DNA from: Octopus vulgaris
Taxonomy: Eukaryota
Length of the DNA stretch: 64,000 nucleotides
Assembly (NCBI GenBank): GCA_951406725.2
Contig: OX597817.1
Span: 164,548,001-164,612,000, forward strand
Direction of reading: 5' to 3'
Shown here piece after piece: positions 50,769 to 63,945 of this stretch. Made by a program: the position numbers and the translations under genes. Numbering within the stretch: the stretch's first letter is position 1; each line of letters opens with the position of its first letter. The notes beneath the pieces were generated by a model. It saw nothing but the letters and a program-made list of their open reading frames with translations. It was not told the origin of the DNA and made no database searches.

Positions 50769-51354
50769 CCCTTTCGTTACCAACCTGGCTGAAACCGGCT
50801 CTGGCTCTTAGTACACATGTCTTGTTTTCATAAGTTTTGAATTAAAATCTTCCATCAAACCTTAGTCACAATTTATGTCCCCAACACTAGCTTAATGATA
50901 ACTAAGTTATTTTACTAAATTCTTTGTTATATTTAAAACTAGCAGTATCGCCTGGCGTTGCTCGGGTTTGTAAGCATTTTTAGAGAGTTATAGCCAAAAA
51001 ATAGCAAAAAAATGCACAAAAAATGGGAAAAAAATTATGGTAAATTTTTTTTTAAATCGTTGACTCATCGTAGACATTTTTAGAGAGTTACTTCCCTTAT
51101 ATAATAGCGAAAAAATGCGTTAAAATGGAAAAAATGATGGTAAATTATTTTTAAAATCGTAGACTCATCATAGACGCACGCTAATACCCAGAAGGGCTCG
51201 ATATGAATCATGACTATAAGATACACTGCACCACAAAATGTGGGAGTAGTTAGAAATCTAAATCGTAGGAGACAGACACACAACTTGACTTTTATATATA
51301 AAGATAATTGGAAGGAATACAGAGCATCTCAAAATAAATACAGTAACGAAAGGG
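50769..51354. mobile_element. piggyBac-type MITE P1 containing a Helitron insertion
   Basis: TTAA|ccctttcgttac ... gtaacgaaaggg|TTAA. Confidence 0.88.
50939..51304 (-). mobile_element. Non-autonomous Helitron (same family as 45598-45996)
   Basis: Inserted between A and T of the host MITE (atttaaaa|taattg) without a TSD; TC...CTAG ends. Confidence 0.9.
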
Positions 51355-51995
51355 TTAAACATCAGTCACGACCAACCGTACCACAGCCTTCTTGGTCTTA
51401 TCTTTATCCGATAGACAAACTGTTGGATAACTTTCTCTGTTTCTGTGCCTCTTGTGCTTTCTGTTGTCTTGTTCTCTTGCTTAAGCTATTAATTTTGTTC
51501 TGCTGCTTAAAGTCTGTGCATTGCTGTTTACGTTTGCATGTGTGTGCACCTGCTCATATATACGCACCAAATGCAGTGTTCACGCTCACGCTTTTGTTTT
51601 GTTGCTTACAGTCTATACGATGCTGTTCACTGTTGCATGTGTGTGCATGTACTCGCGTATACATACCACATGCAATGCTCATACTTACACATATAACAAC
51701 CTCCACAGATGCATGCATACATCCACTGCACATATACACATACATATGCACACACACACACACACACACTCAATCAAATACAAACATATTTTGACTCTTA
51801 TTTTTTTTTCGTGAGTAGATGCCTTTTCTGTGTTTTTTGTGAGTAGATGCCTTTAGTATGTGTGAATTGTTTCTGTTTGTTCATGTTTTACTAATCTGGT
51901 ATTAACTAATTACAGTATTCTCTCTACTCACAAAAAAAGGCATCTACTCACAAAAAACACAGAGAACACATTCATGCATTTACTTACATGCCTAA

Positions 51996-52039
<44 letters not shown>

Positions 52040-52159
52040 TTGTTTTGTTGTTTTTAGAGCATTAAAGTTTCGCTCAGTTTTCTAAAATGTTATCTTTATC
52101 ATGTTTCATGAACTGGAAAGTGTTGTTGACCACACCCTTGCCATTAGGTCGCCTAAAAG

Positions 52160-52875
52160 GATCTACCCACGAACTAATCATATTCTCATCATAACTTCAG
52201 AGGCATCTACTCACAAATTAAGTCATATAGCCTGAAGGGTGTCTACCCATGATGTGGCCTTCCTTTTACTTTTAAACAGCTGAGTAGTGTTCTGCCTATG
52301 ATCAACTCTCACTGTTAATTACATAAAGAAGAGGATTTGATGTTAAAATTTAATTGAACTACCCATGAACTAATCATACTCTCATCATAGCTCCAGAGGC
52401 TTCTACGCACAAATTAACCACAAATCAAGTCATATAGCCTGAAGGGTGTCTACCCATGATGTGGCCCTCCTTTTACTTTTAAACAGCTGAGTAGTGTTCT
52501 GCCTATGATCAACTCTCACTGTTAATTACATAAAGAAGAAGATTTGATGTTAAGATTTAATTGAACTACCCATGAACTAATCATACTCTCATCATAGCTC
52601 CAGAATCATCTACTCACAAATTAACCACAAATCAAGTCATATAGCCTGAAGGGTGTCTACCCATGATGTGGCCATACTTTTACTTTTAAATAGTTGATTA
52701 GAGTTCTGCCTGTGAACTTTAATGTAGAATGAGTGTCTGCCTAAGAATTCACAACATCACTATTAAAGAACTCCAAGGGTGTCTGCTCAGGAGTTCATTG
52801 TTAAACTCTACAGGGGATGATCAACTCTGTTAATTACATAAAGAAGAGGATTTGATGTTAAGATTTAATTGACTA
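52160..52875. repeat. Degenerate ~200-bp tandem repeat, about 3 copies
   Basis: tcatatagcctgaagggtgtctacccatgatgtggcc at ~52223, 52430 and 52637. Confidence 0.85.
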
Positions 52876-52959
52876 ATGTCAAACAACTGTTACAATGATA
52901 CTAGTACTCCAGTGCTCTTCTGCAGTCCCTAAAAAGAATATTAGAGGTCTTTTATATAA

Positions 52960-53400
52960 CACATTAGCATTTAACCCTTTAGTGTTCAGATTACTCTGTT
53001 AAGTGTAATACTTTTTCACTCGAATTGTTTTGAATTAATCCTGGATCATCTTACAGCTTTGAGGTTTCAATTATGTGATTACTTATTTTTAGAGTGGCAT
53101 TGTAGGTTAGGTGTGAGAGGCTAGACATCGCCAGTTTGAATATAAAACATGTAGAATATATTGGGCCAGATTTGGCCAGTTTAAACACTAAAGGGTTAAA
53201 CCAGCCATATCTGACTTAAATATTCAACTTGAATATGTTAAATCTGGCCAAATCTGACCTGTCATACCTATCCTACAGTGTAATTTTAAAAATAAGTCAG
53301 ATCATTGAAATATCAAAGCTACAAGATAATGCATGATTAATTCAAAACAATGTGAATAAATAAGCATTACATTTGACAGAGTAATCTGAATGCTAAAGGG
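52960..53400. mobile_element. P2 piggyBac-type MITE with a second, inverted P2 copy (52975-53195) nested in its internal TTAA
   Basis: Host reads ..attagcat|TTAA|accagccatatc..; inner copy bounded by TTAA|ccctttagtg ... cactaaaggg|TTAA. Confidence 0.75.
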
Positions 53401-53778
53401 TTATACCAATGTTCTTTGATGAACAATGATTTAGATAGTTCTCTTTCTATATAATAAACAACAAATTTCACAGGAACATACTCATGTTCCAACAATTTTT
53501 ACCAAAATATATTTTAAACCTTTTTATGTTAGATTTTGCTAATCCCTGATAGAGTTAATTGCTAATTCTTTGAAGCAGAATTACACAAGGTTAGTTTTAT
53601 ATTCAGAAGATACCATACTCCTGAATTTCGTCTCTAATACAGTGAATTGTGTTAAAATGCATTCACTTTACTTCAACAAGCATCAGTATTGCTTCTGAAA
53701 GGAATATTTCTTTAACCATTTAGCCATATCAGACCCAAATATTCAACCTGTTTTATATTTCAAACTGGAATATAAATA

Positions 53779-54080
53779 GTGGAGGCACATGGCCTAGTGG
53801 TTAGAGCAGCGGACTCACGGTCGAGGGATCATGGGTTCGAATCTCAGACCAGGTGATGCGTGTGTTTCTGAGCAAAACACCTAAGTTCCATGTGGCTCTG
53901 GCAGAAGGTAATGGCGAACTTCTGCTGACTCTTTCGCCACAACTCCTTCCTACTCTTTCCTCCTGCATCTTGCAGCTCACCTGCAATGGACCAGCGTCTC
54001 ATCCAGGTGGGGAAGCTATATGCCAAGGAAACCGGAAAACTGGCCCTTATGAACCAAGCATGGCTCGAGAAGGAACAAAC
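53779..54080 (+). mobile_element. tRNA-derived SINE (family C-related) inserted into a P2 MITE
   Basis: Head ggcacatggcctagtggttagagcagcggactc..gggttcgaatctc (A/B boxes); TSD-like ttcaaactgg. Confidence 0.8.
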
Positions 54081-56354
54081 ATGTTCAAACTGGTCAGATC
54101 CTGCCTCTATACCTACCCTACAATTCATTCTAAAAAATAAACAATCACATCATTGAAATTTCAAAGCTACAAATATGTTATATTCAATTTTGAAGATACA
54201 AGATGATATGTTCAAAACAATGTGAATAAATTATTCTTACATTTAACTGAAAGATTTAATATAATTACACTGTTAATTGTATCTTGGACTTCCAAGCCTT
54301 TTCTTTCAAAATTGTCAAATGTTTACCTGCTGTTAGAGTAACTGGTATTATTTTAGTAAGACAAGAATAAACATCAAAGTTCTTTCTGCTTTTATAAACA
54401 CCAAATACTCTTGTTCCTTTAGAAGCTCCTTTACCCCTGTGCCTTTATCTGTACAAATACTCCTTTATTTATTCTGCAGACACCAACACTCCTCTATTCT
54501 TATAGACATCAATATTTTTACATTAACTGTTAACAGAAAACACCTTTATCTCTATAGACTGACGATTATACTTTCATGTCTCTGCTGTACTCCTCTAGCC
54601 ATAGATACTTGTATTCCTGTATTCACTGGTACTTGGTACATTTGAGTTTCCACTGGTACCTGTACTCCTGTCTCCACAAACATCTTTATGCTTGTTTTCA
54701 TAGGCATCTGTACTTCAGTATTTTCTGGTACCATTTCCACTGTACTTGTGTATCTCCATTGACACCTGGACTGTCTTTGATATATCTTCTTGTATCTCTT
54801 CAAAGACACGTCTCCACCTATATTTGCCCTTTTGTCACCAGCCTCTTATGCCCTGTTGATACTTCTACACATCTATCTCCATGGTCACTAGTACTTTCTT
54901 TTCTCTATAAAGCAACTGCACTCCATTCTTTAAAATACTGCCTTCCACTTCTATTTGATGGCAAAAGATGAAGTGTTGTTGGAAGAGGACCACCAAACCA
55001 TCCTCAAGCCATTCCCATAAACCCATTATCATTTTTCTTTTATTGGAACAAGGATTGTGAAATAGCTGAGAATATCAGTCTTAGTAGTCCATAAAAGTCA
55101 TATCACAAGAATTCTACCTCCCAACAACACATTCCATTTTCAAATGTTCCAGTTGTCTTCAAAGAATTTTTCTTACAAAATTGAAATAAAATTATTTTTA
55201 AACTCAAAATGAATAAAATTGTAAAATTTTCCCTTCATATTTTGTTTTTAACAAAAAAAAAAAAAAAATATTGTATTTGCTTTTTATATTGTTTTCTGTT
55301 GTTTTTATTGTTGATGTATGGCTATCCTGTCATTTTTCAGGCATTGTATATACCCTGGAGTACATTATCCAATGAGTTTCTTTTCTTATAACAGTTAAAA
55401 CTTGTTAATCACTAGTGTGGTTAAGAAGTTTGTAGTTTCAGCCCCGCTGCATGCCACTATTCTGAGGGCCTTGTTGGATGGAAACTAAAAGAAAAACCCA
55501 TTGTATTCATGTGTGTGTCCTTCTCTTGACATCATGTGATTGTTGTAAATGAATGTCATCCATTTCCAATTTTCTGTAGAAATATGTTTGGGCATGATGA
55601 AATATTACCTTGCTTGAAGACAGGTAAGGGCTGGTAACAGGAAAGGCATCCAGTTGTAGAAAATTTACCTCAGTAAACTTCATCCAACCTATACAAACAG
55701 GAAAATGGACTTTAAAAAAAAATGATGATGATGGTTATGATGACTAGATTGGTTTCAGTTGTATTTGGCTGCTTGCTGCTGTTGCTATAATCTGTCTGGC
55801 TACAATTTACAAATTCATAGCCCCATGGATTTGTAAATCGATTTGAAATTGAACCAAATCCTATGACTGTCACCCGGCTGTTGCCAGTGCCGCTGGACTG
55901 ACTCCTGTGCAGGTGGCAAGTAAAGAAACACCGTTTCGACCCTGTGCTTGAGATCTATTGAGTCAAGTACATCAACATCAAAAATCAATGGAAATTGTAG
56001 TTGTGATCCCTGTGCTGGTGGCATGTAAAAAGCACCATCCGAACGTGACCAATGCCAGCGCCACCTTGACTGGCTTCTGTTCTGGTGGCACGTAAAAAGC
56101 ATCAACTGATCGTAACCATTACCAGCCTCGCCTGACACCTGTACTGGTGGCACATAAAAGGCACCCACTACACTCACGGAGTGGTTGGTGTTAGGAAGGG
56201 CATCCAGCTGTAGAAACACTGCCTGATCAGACTGGAGCCTGGTGCAGCCTTCTGGCTTCCCAAACCCTGGTCGAACCGTCCAACCCATGCTAGCATAGAA
56301 AACGAACGTTAAACGACGATGATGATGATGTTGATTTGAAGTGACAGACTACTT

Positions 56355-57420
56355 CAGGATAAGCTGGTAGAATCATTGGTGCATTGTACGAAATGTTTAG
56401 TGGCATTTCATCCAGCATTTATGTTCTGAGGTAGACTTTCATTCTAATGGGGTTCATAAAATAAGTACACCTTGAGCACTGTTCAGTGTAATTGACTTCC
56501 CCCTCCCCTTCAAAAGTGCTCACTTTGTGCCTTATTCTCAAAGAAATATTATTATTCACTTAAGGCAGCGAGCTGGCAGAAACGTTAGCATGCTGGGTGA
56601 AATGCTTAGTGGTATTTCGTCTGTCTTTACGTTCTGAGTTCAAATTCCGCCAAGGTCAACTTTGCCTTTCATCCTTTCGGGGTCGATAAATTAAGTACCA
56701 GTTACGCACTGGGGTCGATATAATTGGCTTAATCCGTTTTTCTGTCCTTGTTTGTCCCCTCTATGTTTAGCCCCTTATGGGCAGTAAAGAAATAAGGAAT
56801 ATTATTTATTCACTTAATTAGAAGGTGGTGAGCTGGCAGAATCATTTGCACACCAGGAAAAATGATTAATGGCATTTTGTCAGTCTTTACATTCTGAGTT
56901 CAAATTCTGCCAAGGTAGACTTTGCCTTTCATCTTTTCGGAGTCGATAAAGTAAGTACCAGTTGAACACTAGGGTTGATGTAATCGACTTAACCCTTCCC
57001 ACGAAATTGCTGGCCTTGTGTCAAAATTTGAAATCAATATTCGATTTCTTTAAGGCAGCAAGCTGGCAGAATCGTTAGCACACCAGGCAAAAGACTTAGC
57101 AGCATTTCGTCTGTTTTTACATTCTGAGTTCAAATTCCACTGAGGTCAACTTTGCTTTTCATCTTTTCAGGGTTGATAAAATAAGTACCAGTTGAATGCT
57201 AGGGTTGATGTCATTGGTTTACCCCCAACCCTCGAAATTACTGGCCTTGTGCCAAAATTTGAACCATTATTATTCACGTAAGCATTGGAATCAGGGTAAT
57301 TGATTTGCTTCCTCCCTTAAAATTGCTGGCACTGTGCCAGAATTTGTAATTATTATTATTAGGTGATGGATGGCAGTATCTTTAGTGTATTAGACAAAAT
57401 GCTAAATGGTATTTCTTCTA
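56355..57420 (+). mobile_element. Head-to-tail cluster of SINE family B copies
   Basis: Repeated gagctggcagaa..gagttcaaattc..gcctttcatc units at ~56360, 56565, 56825, 57055 and 57360; more remnants to ~58560. Confidence 0.8.
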
Positions 57421-58031
57421 GCACTTTATGTTGAAATCCATCCAAGCTCTCTTTTACTTGTTTCAGTCATGTGACTGTGGCCATGCTGGAGCACCGCCTT
57501 TAGTCGAGCAAATCGCCCCCCAGGACTCATTCTTTGTAAGTCTACTACTTATTCTATCGGTCATTTTTGCTGACTCCAGGACTCATTCGTTGTAAGCCTA
57601 GTACTTATTCTATCGGTCATTTTTGCTGAACCGCTAAGTTACAGGGACGTAAACACACCAGCATCAGTTATCAAGTGATGTTGAGGAGACAAACACACAC
57701 ACACGCACATATATATATATACATATACACGACGGGCTTCTTTCAGTTTCTGTCTACCAAATCCACTCACAAGGCTTTGGTCGGCCCGAGGCTATAGTAA
57801 AAGACACTTACCCAAGGTGCCATGCAGTGGGACTGAACCCAGAAGCATGTGGTTGGTAAGCAAGCTACTTACAGTCACACAGTCACTCCTGCTCCAACTT
57901 TTCTTTCGTCTTTTTAATGTTGATAAAATAGTGCCTGTCAAGTGCTGGAGCTTGATGTAGTTGACTAACCCCTGCCCTTAAACTTGCAGGTTTTGTGCCA
58001 AAATTTGAAACCATTATTAAAGAAATGTAAA

Positions 58032-58430
58032 AGGCGCAGGAGTGGCTGTGTGGTAAGTAGCTTGTTTATCAACCACATGGTTCCAGGTTCAGGCCCACTG
58101 TGTGGCATCTTGGGCAAGTGTCTTCTGCTATAGCCTCGGGCCGACCAATGCCTTGTGAGTGGATTTGGTAGGCGGAATCTGAAAGAAGCCCGTCATATAT
58201 ATGTATGTGTGGGTGTGCGTGTTTGTGTTTCTGTGTTTGTCCCTAGCATTGCTTGACAACCGATGCTGGCGTGTTTACGTCCCCGTCACTTAGCAGTTCG
58301 GCAAAAGAGACCAATAGAATAAGTACTGGGCTTACAAAGAATAAGTCCTGGGGTCGATTTGCTCGACTAAAGGCGGTACTCCAGCATGGCCGCAGTCAAA
58401 TGACTGAAACAAGTAAAAGAGTAAAGAGTA
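58032..58430 (+). mobile_element. SINE family A, full length
   Basis: Homology to 10431-10842. Confidence 0.9.
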
Positions 58431-59021
58431 GTTGATTGGCAAACTTGATAAAGCACCAGACGAGAATACCTTGTGGATTGAGTTACCCCCCTTTATGTTC
58501 TGAGTTCAAATCTTTTTGGAGTTGAAAAATTGGTATCATTCAAGCAGTCAGATCAATTTGATCAGCTATACTGTATCATCGTTTTTTATCCATTTTTCAT
58601 GCTGGCATGGGTTGGGTGGTTTAGTAGGATCCGGTGTAGGGTTGTGCTTAGCTCCAATGTTAGCTTTGATGTGGTTTGTATGGCTTGATGCCCTTCCTGA
58701 TACCAACTGCCTTACAGTGTGTACTAGTTTCTCTTTTTTTGTACCACCAGCACTCATGAGGTTGCCAAGTAAATTGCAAGATGTAATGGAATGGAAAAGG
58801 GGGGAAAACGTCCCCTTGATTAGATTGTGGTGGTGGTGGTGGTGGAGGGTGGCATTAGGGAGTGAGATGTGGCTTTATACCAGATGGTGAGGAGCTGAAT
58901 TGTAATAGAAGAATCACAAGTGTCTTGCTGTAGAAGAGATACATAGTTACTCCATATTATATAAGGGTAAGTAGCTCCCCTGAAAAATTTCTGGGTGTTG
59001 TATCCATTTTAGAAATATTAA

Positions 59022-59230
59022 CCCTTTCATTACTGTATTTATTTTGAGATACTCAATTATTTTAGATATAACAAAGAATTTAGTAAAAGAACTTAGTTAT
59101 CATTAAGCTAGTGTTAGGAACATTAATCGTGACTAAGGTTTGGTGAGAGATTTTAATTCAAAACTTATGTAAACAAGACATTTGTACTACAGAGCCAGAG
59201 CCGGTTTCAGCCGGGTTGGTAATGAAAGGG
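59022..59230. mobile_element. piggyBac-type MITE P1
   Basis: TTAA|ccctttcattac ... gtaatgaaaggg|TTAA. Confidence 0.85.
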
Positions 59231-59531
59231 TTAAAGAAATGCAAATTCTTGTAATGTCCAAGAGAAATAGAATGCAATCATAGATGTTTAAATCTATAAT
59301 TCTATTCTTTGATGTTGAAATGAAGGATGCTCTATTTGATACGGTCAATGTTTTGAATAAGTCTTATCTCTGACAAATGAATCCAATATATCTTCATTTA
59401 TTGTGGTTTCAAGTTTAGTCCTACTGCATCACAACTTTGGCAAGTGTCTTCCACTATACTCCCAGGCTGATTGATGACTTGTGAGTGAATTTGACAGACA
59501 AACTGTAAGGAAGGCCTTCACATGCACTCAC

Positions 59532-59571
<40 letters not shown>

Positions 59572-59759
59572 CATATATGTACATACCTACATATGGAGCA
59601 CATATTTATATATATGCATATATACATATATGTAGGTATGTATATATGCATATATTTATATATTATTTATATTATATGATTGAACGCCACGCATCCTTTT
59701 CCAAGTATGTATATATATATATAGACACATATACATGTACACTCACATATATACACACA

Positions 59760-60123
59760 CTAGCAGTATCGCCCGGCGTTGCTCGGGTTTGTAAGGGAAA
59801 TAACTATATAGCAATTTTAGAGAGTTATAGCCAAAAAATGATGGTAAATTTTTTTTTGAGAGTTAAAAAAAGTCGAGTTGCGTCCCCTAGACGGTCTGTG
59901 GTTTGGGTTTCTCATTCTCGACCCCATGTCGAATTTATCGATTTTTTTCAGAACTGGGGTAACTTTTCAAAATTTTCGCTGCGTTAGGTTTGAATTATGA
60001 CATTGGGCTATGTGTGCGTCAAGTTTCATCAGAATCGGTTGAAAGCCGTGATCAGGGTGAGGGTACAACCAAACAGACACACAGAAACACACACAGACAA
60101 ACTGCCGTTTATATAGAGAGAGA
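59760..60123 (-). mobile_element. Chimeric non-autonomous Helitron
   Basis: Same 3' end (hairpin plus CTAG) as 45598 and 50939 for ~95 bp, then a different body; minus-strand start A|TCTCTCTCTATATAAA. Confidence 0.8.
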
Positions 60124-60547
60124 TATATGTATATATACATTCATATGTGTGTATGTCTTTGGGTTTGTTTACATCCCTATCATTTAGCAGTTCAGCAAAA
60201 GAGACTGAGAGAATAAGTACCTGGTTTGATTTGTTTGACTAAACCCTTCAAGGTGATGCCCCAGCATGGCCACAGTCCAGTAACCGAAACAAAAGATTAA
60301 GAGAATAATTTAAGTGCCGCACACACACACACACACACAGATTGTAAGTTACAAGTGGTCATTGTTGTCTGTGGAAAGAAATGCCAGTCACCCTCTACTT
60401 GAATGTTGTTAATGGCATAAAGATAAACAACTGTTCTTACCATTGCAGCTGTATCCTTAGTCAATTCTGGTAAAGTGAGATTTTTTAACCAATTACCTTC
60501 TATGATTAGTTTGCTTGATCAGAACCGACTGAGGTTACACAGCAATA

Positions 60548-60955
60548 AGGTGGCGAGCTGGCAGAAACGTTAGCAGGCCGGGCAAAATGTGTAGCCGTAT
60601 ATTTCGTCTGCCGATACGTTCTGAGTTCAAATTCCGTCGAGGCTGACTTTACCTTTCATCCTTTCAGGGTCGATTAAATAAGTACCAGCTACGCACTGGG
60701 GTCGATATAATTGACTTAATCCATCTGTCTGTCCTCTCTGTGTTTAGCCTCTTGTGGGTAGTAAAGAAATAGGTATTTCGTCTGCCGATACGTTCTGAGT
60801 TCAAAATCTGCCGAGGTCGACTTTGCCTTTCATCCTTTCGGAGTCGATTAAATAAGTACCAGTTACACACGGGTCGATATAATCGACTCAATCCATTTGT
60901 CTATCCTTGTTTGTCCTCTCTGTGTTTAGCCCCTTGTGGGTAGTAAAGAAGTAGG
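60548..60955 (+). mobile_element. Dimeric SINE family B
   Basis: Same dimer junction as at 18208 and 38333; TSD-like aggttacacagcaata/aggttacgcagcaata. Confidence 0.85.
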
Positions 60956-62089
60956 TTACGCAGCAATAGATCCACAGCTATAGGTGGCTGGTTGTTGATA
61001 TTGTTTAACCTAGTGGTGCATTGACGTACAGCTGTCCAACTTCTTCCTAAGCAAACTAAAACCAGACTGAAAATTATTGAAAGTGGGGATCTAAGATTAC
61101 TTAGTGTCGAGAAGCTGATATCCCTGCACAAAGTATATCCACTGCAATAAAAATATAAAAGCAACATCGTTTCAGGTGTGATATAAACTTACTTTTTCAT
61201 ATTGTAAAAGTAGCAAAATAATGGGGTAACTAGATTAAGTTTTATTTGGAAGTAAAGTTGTTTTGAATTTGCAGTAGAGAGAGATTTGTGTTTGTGGTGA
61301 TTTGGTGTGAGGGAGTAGAGAGCCACTAAGAATGGGGCCTGGGAGACAAGGGGGCAGAAGTCTGAAAAAGTTTGGGAACCACTGGTTTTAACTTTTACAT
61401 TAACCTGTTTGTTAAACAATATACATTGACCACATGGTTCATTTAATTTTGAAAATAATCGAGAATTTTTAATCTTGTCCTAAAACAGCATTCACCCGGG
61501 ATGGGTTGAGCTGGCTTCATTCATCCTCAGTGCTGCATCTCTCTCAAACGCTAACCAGGCCTGCCAATTTGAGGCTAATGACCGCGTAATCTCCAACCAC
61601 TCTTTATTTCAGCGGTGAATGCCGTAGACATGGGGGCCTAGGTTGGGTTTCAGATCAGCCTTGACTGTCATCAGCCAGGTTTTTTGTTGTCCACCACATT
61701 GTTTTTGCCAACCCTGAAGGGGAGCTGGGGCAATTTTTAATGATTTGGTAAAAATCATTATCTTTTCAGTATTAAGCCAGGGAAAACTGAGCTAGCAGAA
61801 ATGTTCCATGCTGGACAAAATGGTCAGCAGAATTTCTTCTTGTTTTCTGTTTGAATTCAAATGCTACTGAGGTCGACTTTGCCTTTCATTCTTTCTGGGT
61901 CATTACAATAAGTACCAGTTGAACACTGGGATCATCGTAATCAACTAAGCCCTTCTCCCTAAAATTGTTGGCTTTATGCCACAATTTGAAACCATTATGA
62001 AGCCAGAACATAAAGAGCTGGAAGAAATACTGTTAAGCTTTTTGTCTGATGCACTAAACGTAGCAAGAGTTTCTGATGGACGGTTTTAA

Positions 62090-62332
62090 CCCTTTCAGTA
62101 CCAACCCGGCTGAAACCGGCTCTGGCTCTGAGTACAAACGTCTTGTTTTCATAAGTTTTGAATTAAAATCTTCCACCAAACCTTAGTCACAATTTATGTT
62201 CCTAACACTAGCTTAATGATACTCTTTTACTTGTTTCAGTCATTTGACTGTGATTTTACTAAATTCTTTGTTATATTTAAAGTATTTGAAAGAAACACAG
62301 AGCATCTCAAAATAAACACAGTAACAAAAGGG
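62090..62332. mobile_element. piggyBac-type MITE P1
   Basis: TTAA|ccctttc ... aaaaggg|TTAA; carries a short inserted SINE A tail fragment at ~62221-62251. Confidence 0.85.
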
Positions 62333-62519
62333 TTAAATAAGATTTGAGCACAAGCAATCACTGAAGATTTGGTATCTAAAGAGTTAATCCCAGATCAGTT
62401 CTGATTGAGCAGAACTAAGCTGAGATTGGAAGTTCCTGTGGGTCAATCTACTGATGGTCGCAGATCAAATCTGTGGCTGGTACAAAGTCTCAGGTAGGCT
62501 GCGCTATAAAAGCAAAGAG

Positions 62520-62940
62520 ACAGGCCTGGAAAATGGTGGAAGCAGAAAATTATAGCAGGTAACTAGAAGAGCAGCTAGGCATCAGGTTTACATAGCAAAA
62601 AGAATAGCAGAAGGTAAGAGATTTGGAAATGTTCTAAAGTATGAGGTGTTCAGGATTGTAAGGCAGTGTATCAGTGAGAATTGTGTGTGAATGGATAATG
62701 GTATGCTTGCACTTAATGACTCGGAGAAGAAAGAGGCATGGAAGTGCCACTATGAAAGGTTAGTAGATGTAAAAAAATGCATGGGAAAAGGGGAGTCTTT
62801 CAAATATCAAACCAATTGAGGAGCCAACCATCAGAGTTGATAGTATTATAGATAAGGCAATCAAGGATAAAACAGGGAAAGTCCCTGGTCCATCAGGAAT
62901 CACTGCTGAGATGATTAAAATATCTGGCAGTATAGGATTA
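62520..62940 (+). pseudogene. Old degenerate RTE ORF2 fragment (region upstream of RT)
   Basis: ..AWKCHYERL..KTGKVPGPSGITAEMIKISG, homologous to 20580-20786. Confidence 0.75.
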
Positions 62941-63471
62941 TATACTGTTATATAATCCTATACTGAAACAAGTAAAAGATAAAATAATGTGTCAATTGAG
63001 GATATATATAGGCAATGAAACTATTTAATGATTACTAAAGATTTTGTTACTGTTCTGTCAGCATGGCATGAGTGTGAGAGCCAAGAATTTGAGGTGTTGA
63101 AGTGACTGAGGACGATTACTTCAGAGGTGGGTGAAATGAGGGAGATGTCTGACACAGGAAGAGATATAGTTAAAGAGTTATTGGTGGTTTGAGGTGTTTG
63201 GAGAATCTGAGTAGGGAGACTTGAACCACATTAACTGGACATGGGATGTGATTAGAAGGGAAGATGAAATCTACATATTTGCAGACACTGGTTTTTTAGA
63301 GCTAAGTTTCAGTAATAAATGTAGATGAATGGCAGAGACGGACTATAGATTGGAGTTGAGTAATTTGTACTTCAGAGAGGAACAAGACATGCATATGGCG
63401 TAGTGGTTAAGAGCGTGACCTATTAATCCCAAGATTCCGAGTTCGATTCCAGGCAGTGACCTCTTTATCTT

Positions 63472-63945
63472 CATCATCATTTAATGTCCACTTTCCATGC
63501 TAGCATGGGTTGGATGATTTGACTGAGGACTGGCGAACCAGATGGCTGCACCAGGCTCCAATCTTGATCTGGCAGAGTTCCTATGGCTGGATGTCCTTCC
63601 TAACGCCAACCACTCCGAGAGTGTGGTGGGTGCTTTAACGTGCCACGAGAGCCAGTCAGGTGGTACTGGCAATGGCCATGCTCAAATGGTGTTTTTTTTT
63701 TTATGTGCCACCTGCACAGGAGGCAGTCCAGTGGCACTGGCAACGATCTCATTCAAATGTTTTTATCACATGCCACCAGCACAATTGCCAGTAAGGCGAT
63801 GCTGGTAATGATCATGCTCGACTGGTGCTTTTTACATGCCACAGGCACGGAATCCAGTTAGCTGCTCTGGCAACGATCACACTCGGATGGTGCTCTAAGT
63901 GCTCCACTAGCCTGGATGCTAGTCATGGAATTTGATTTCAATTTC
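63472..63945 (-). mobile_element. RTE 3'-end stub inserted in a tRNA-headed SINE (head at ~63390-63460)
   Basis: Stub homologous to 27610-27997; flanking head tggcgtagtggttaagagc..gagttcgattcc resumes after 63946 (tgacct duplicated). Confidence 0.8.

Noticed and set aside
51210-51794. 194-aa ORF
   Set aside because: Spans Helitron, MITE and microsatellite-like sequence; no protein features.
53779-53860. tRNA gene (also 63390-63460 and other SINE heads)
   Set aside because: A/B boxes are present but the acceptor stem is incomplete and the sequence continues into a SINE body.
55110-55122. let-7 seed match (ctacctc) as an HMGA2-like regulatory site
   Set aside because: A single 7-mer ~6 kb past the stop codon; the same 7-mer occurs elsewhere in the window at chance frequency.
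61645-61680. Minus-strand CTGATGA...GAAA hammerhead candidate (similar hits near 12490-12512 and 6445-6461)
   Set aside because: No valid stem III with NUH, or no stem II; expected by chance.
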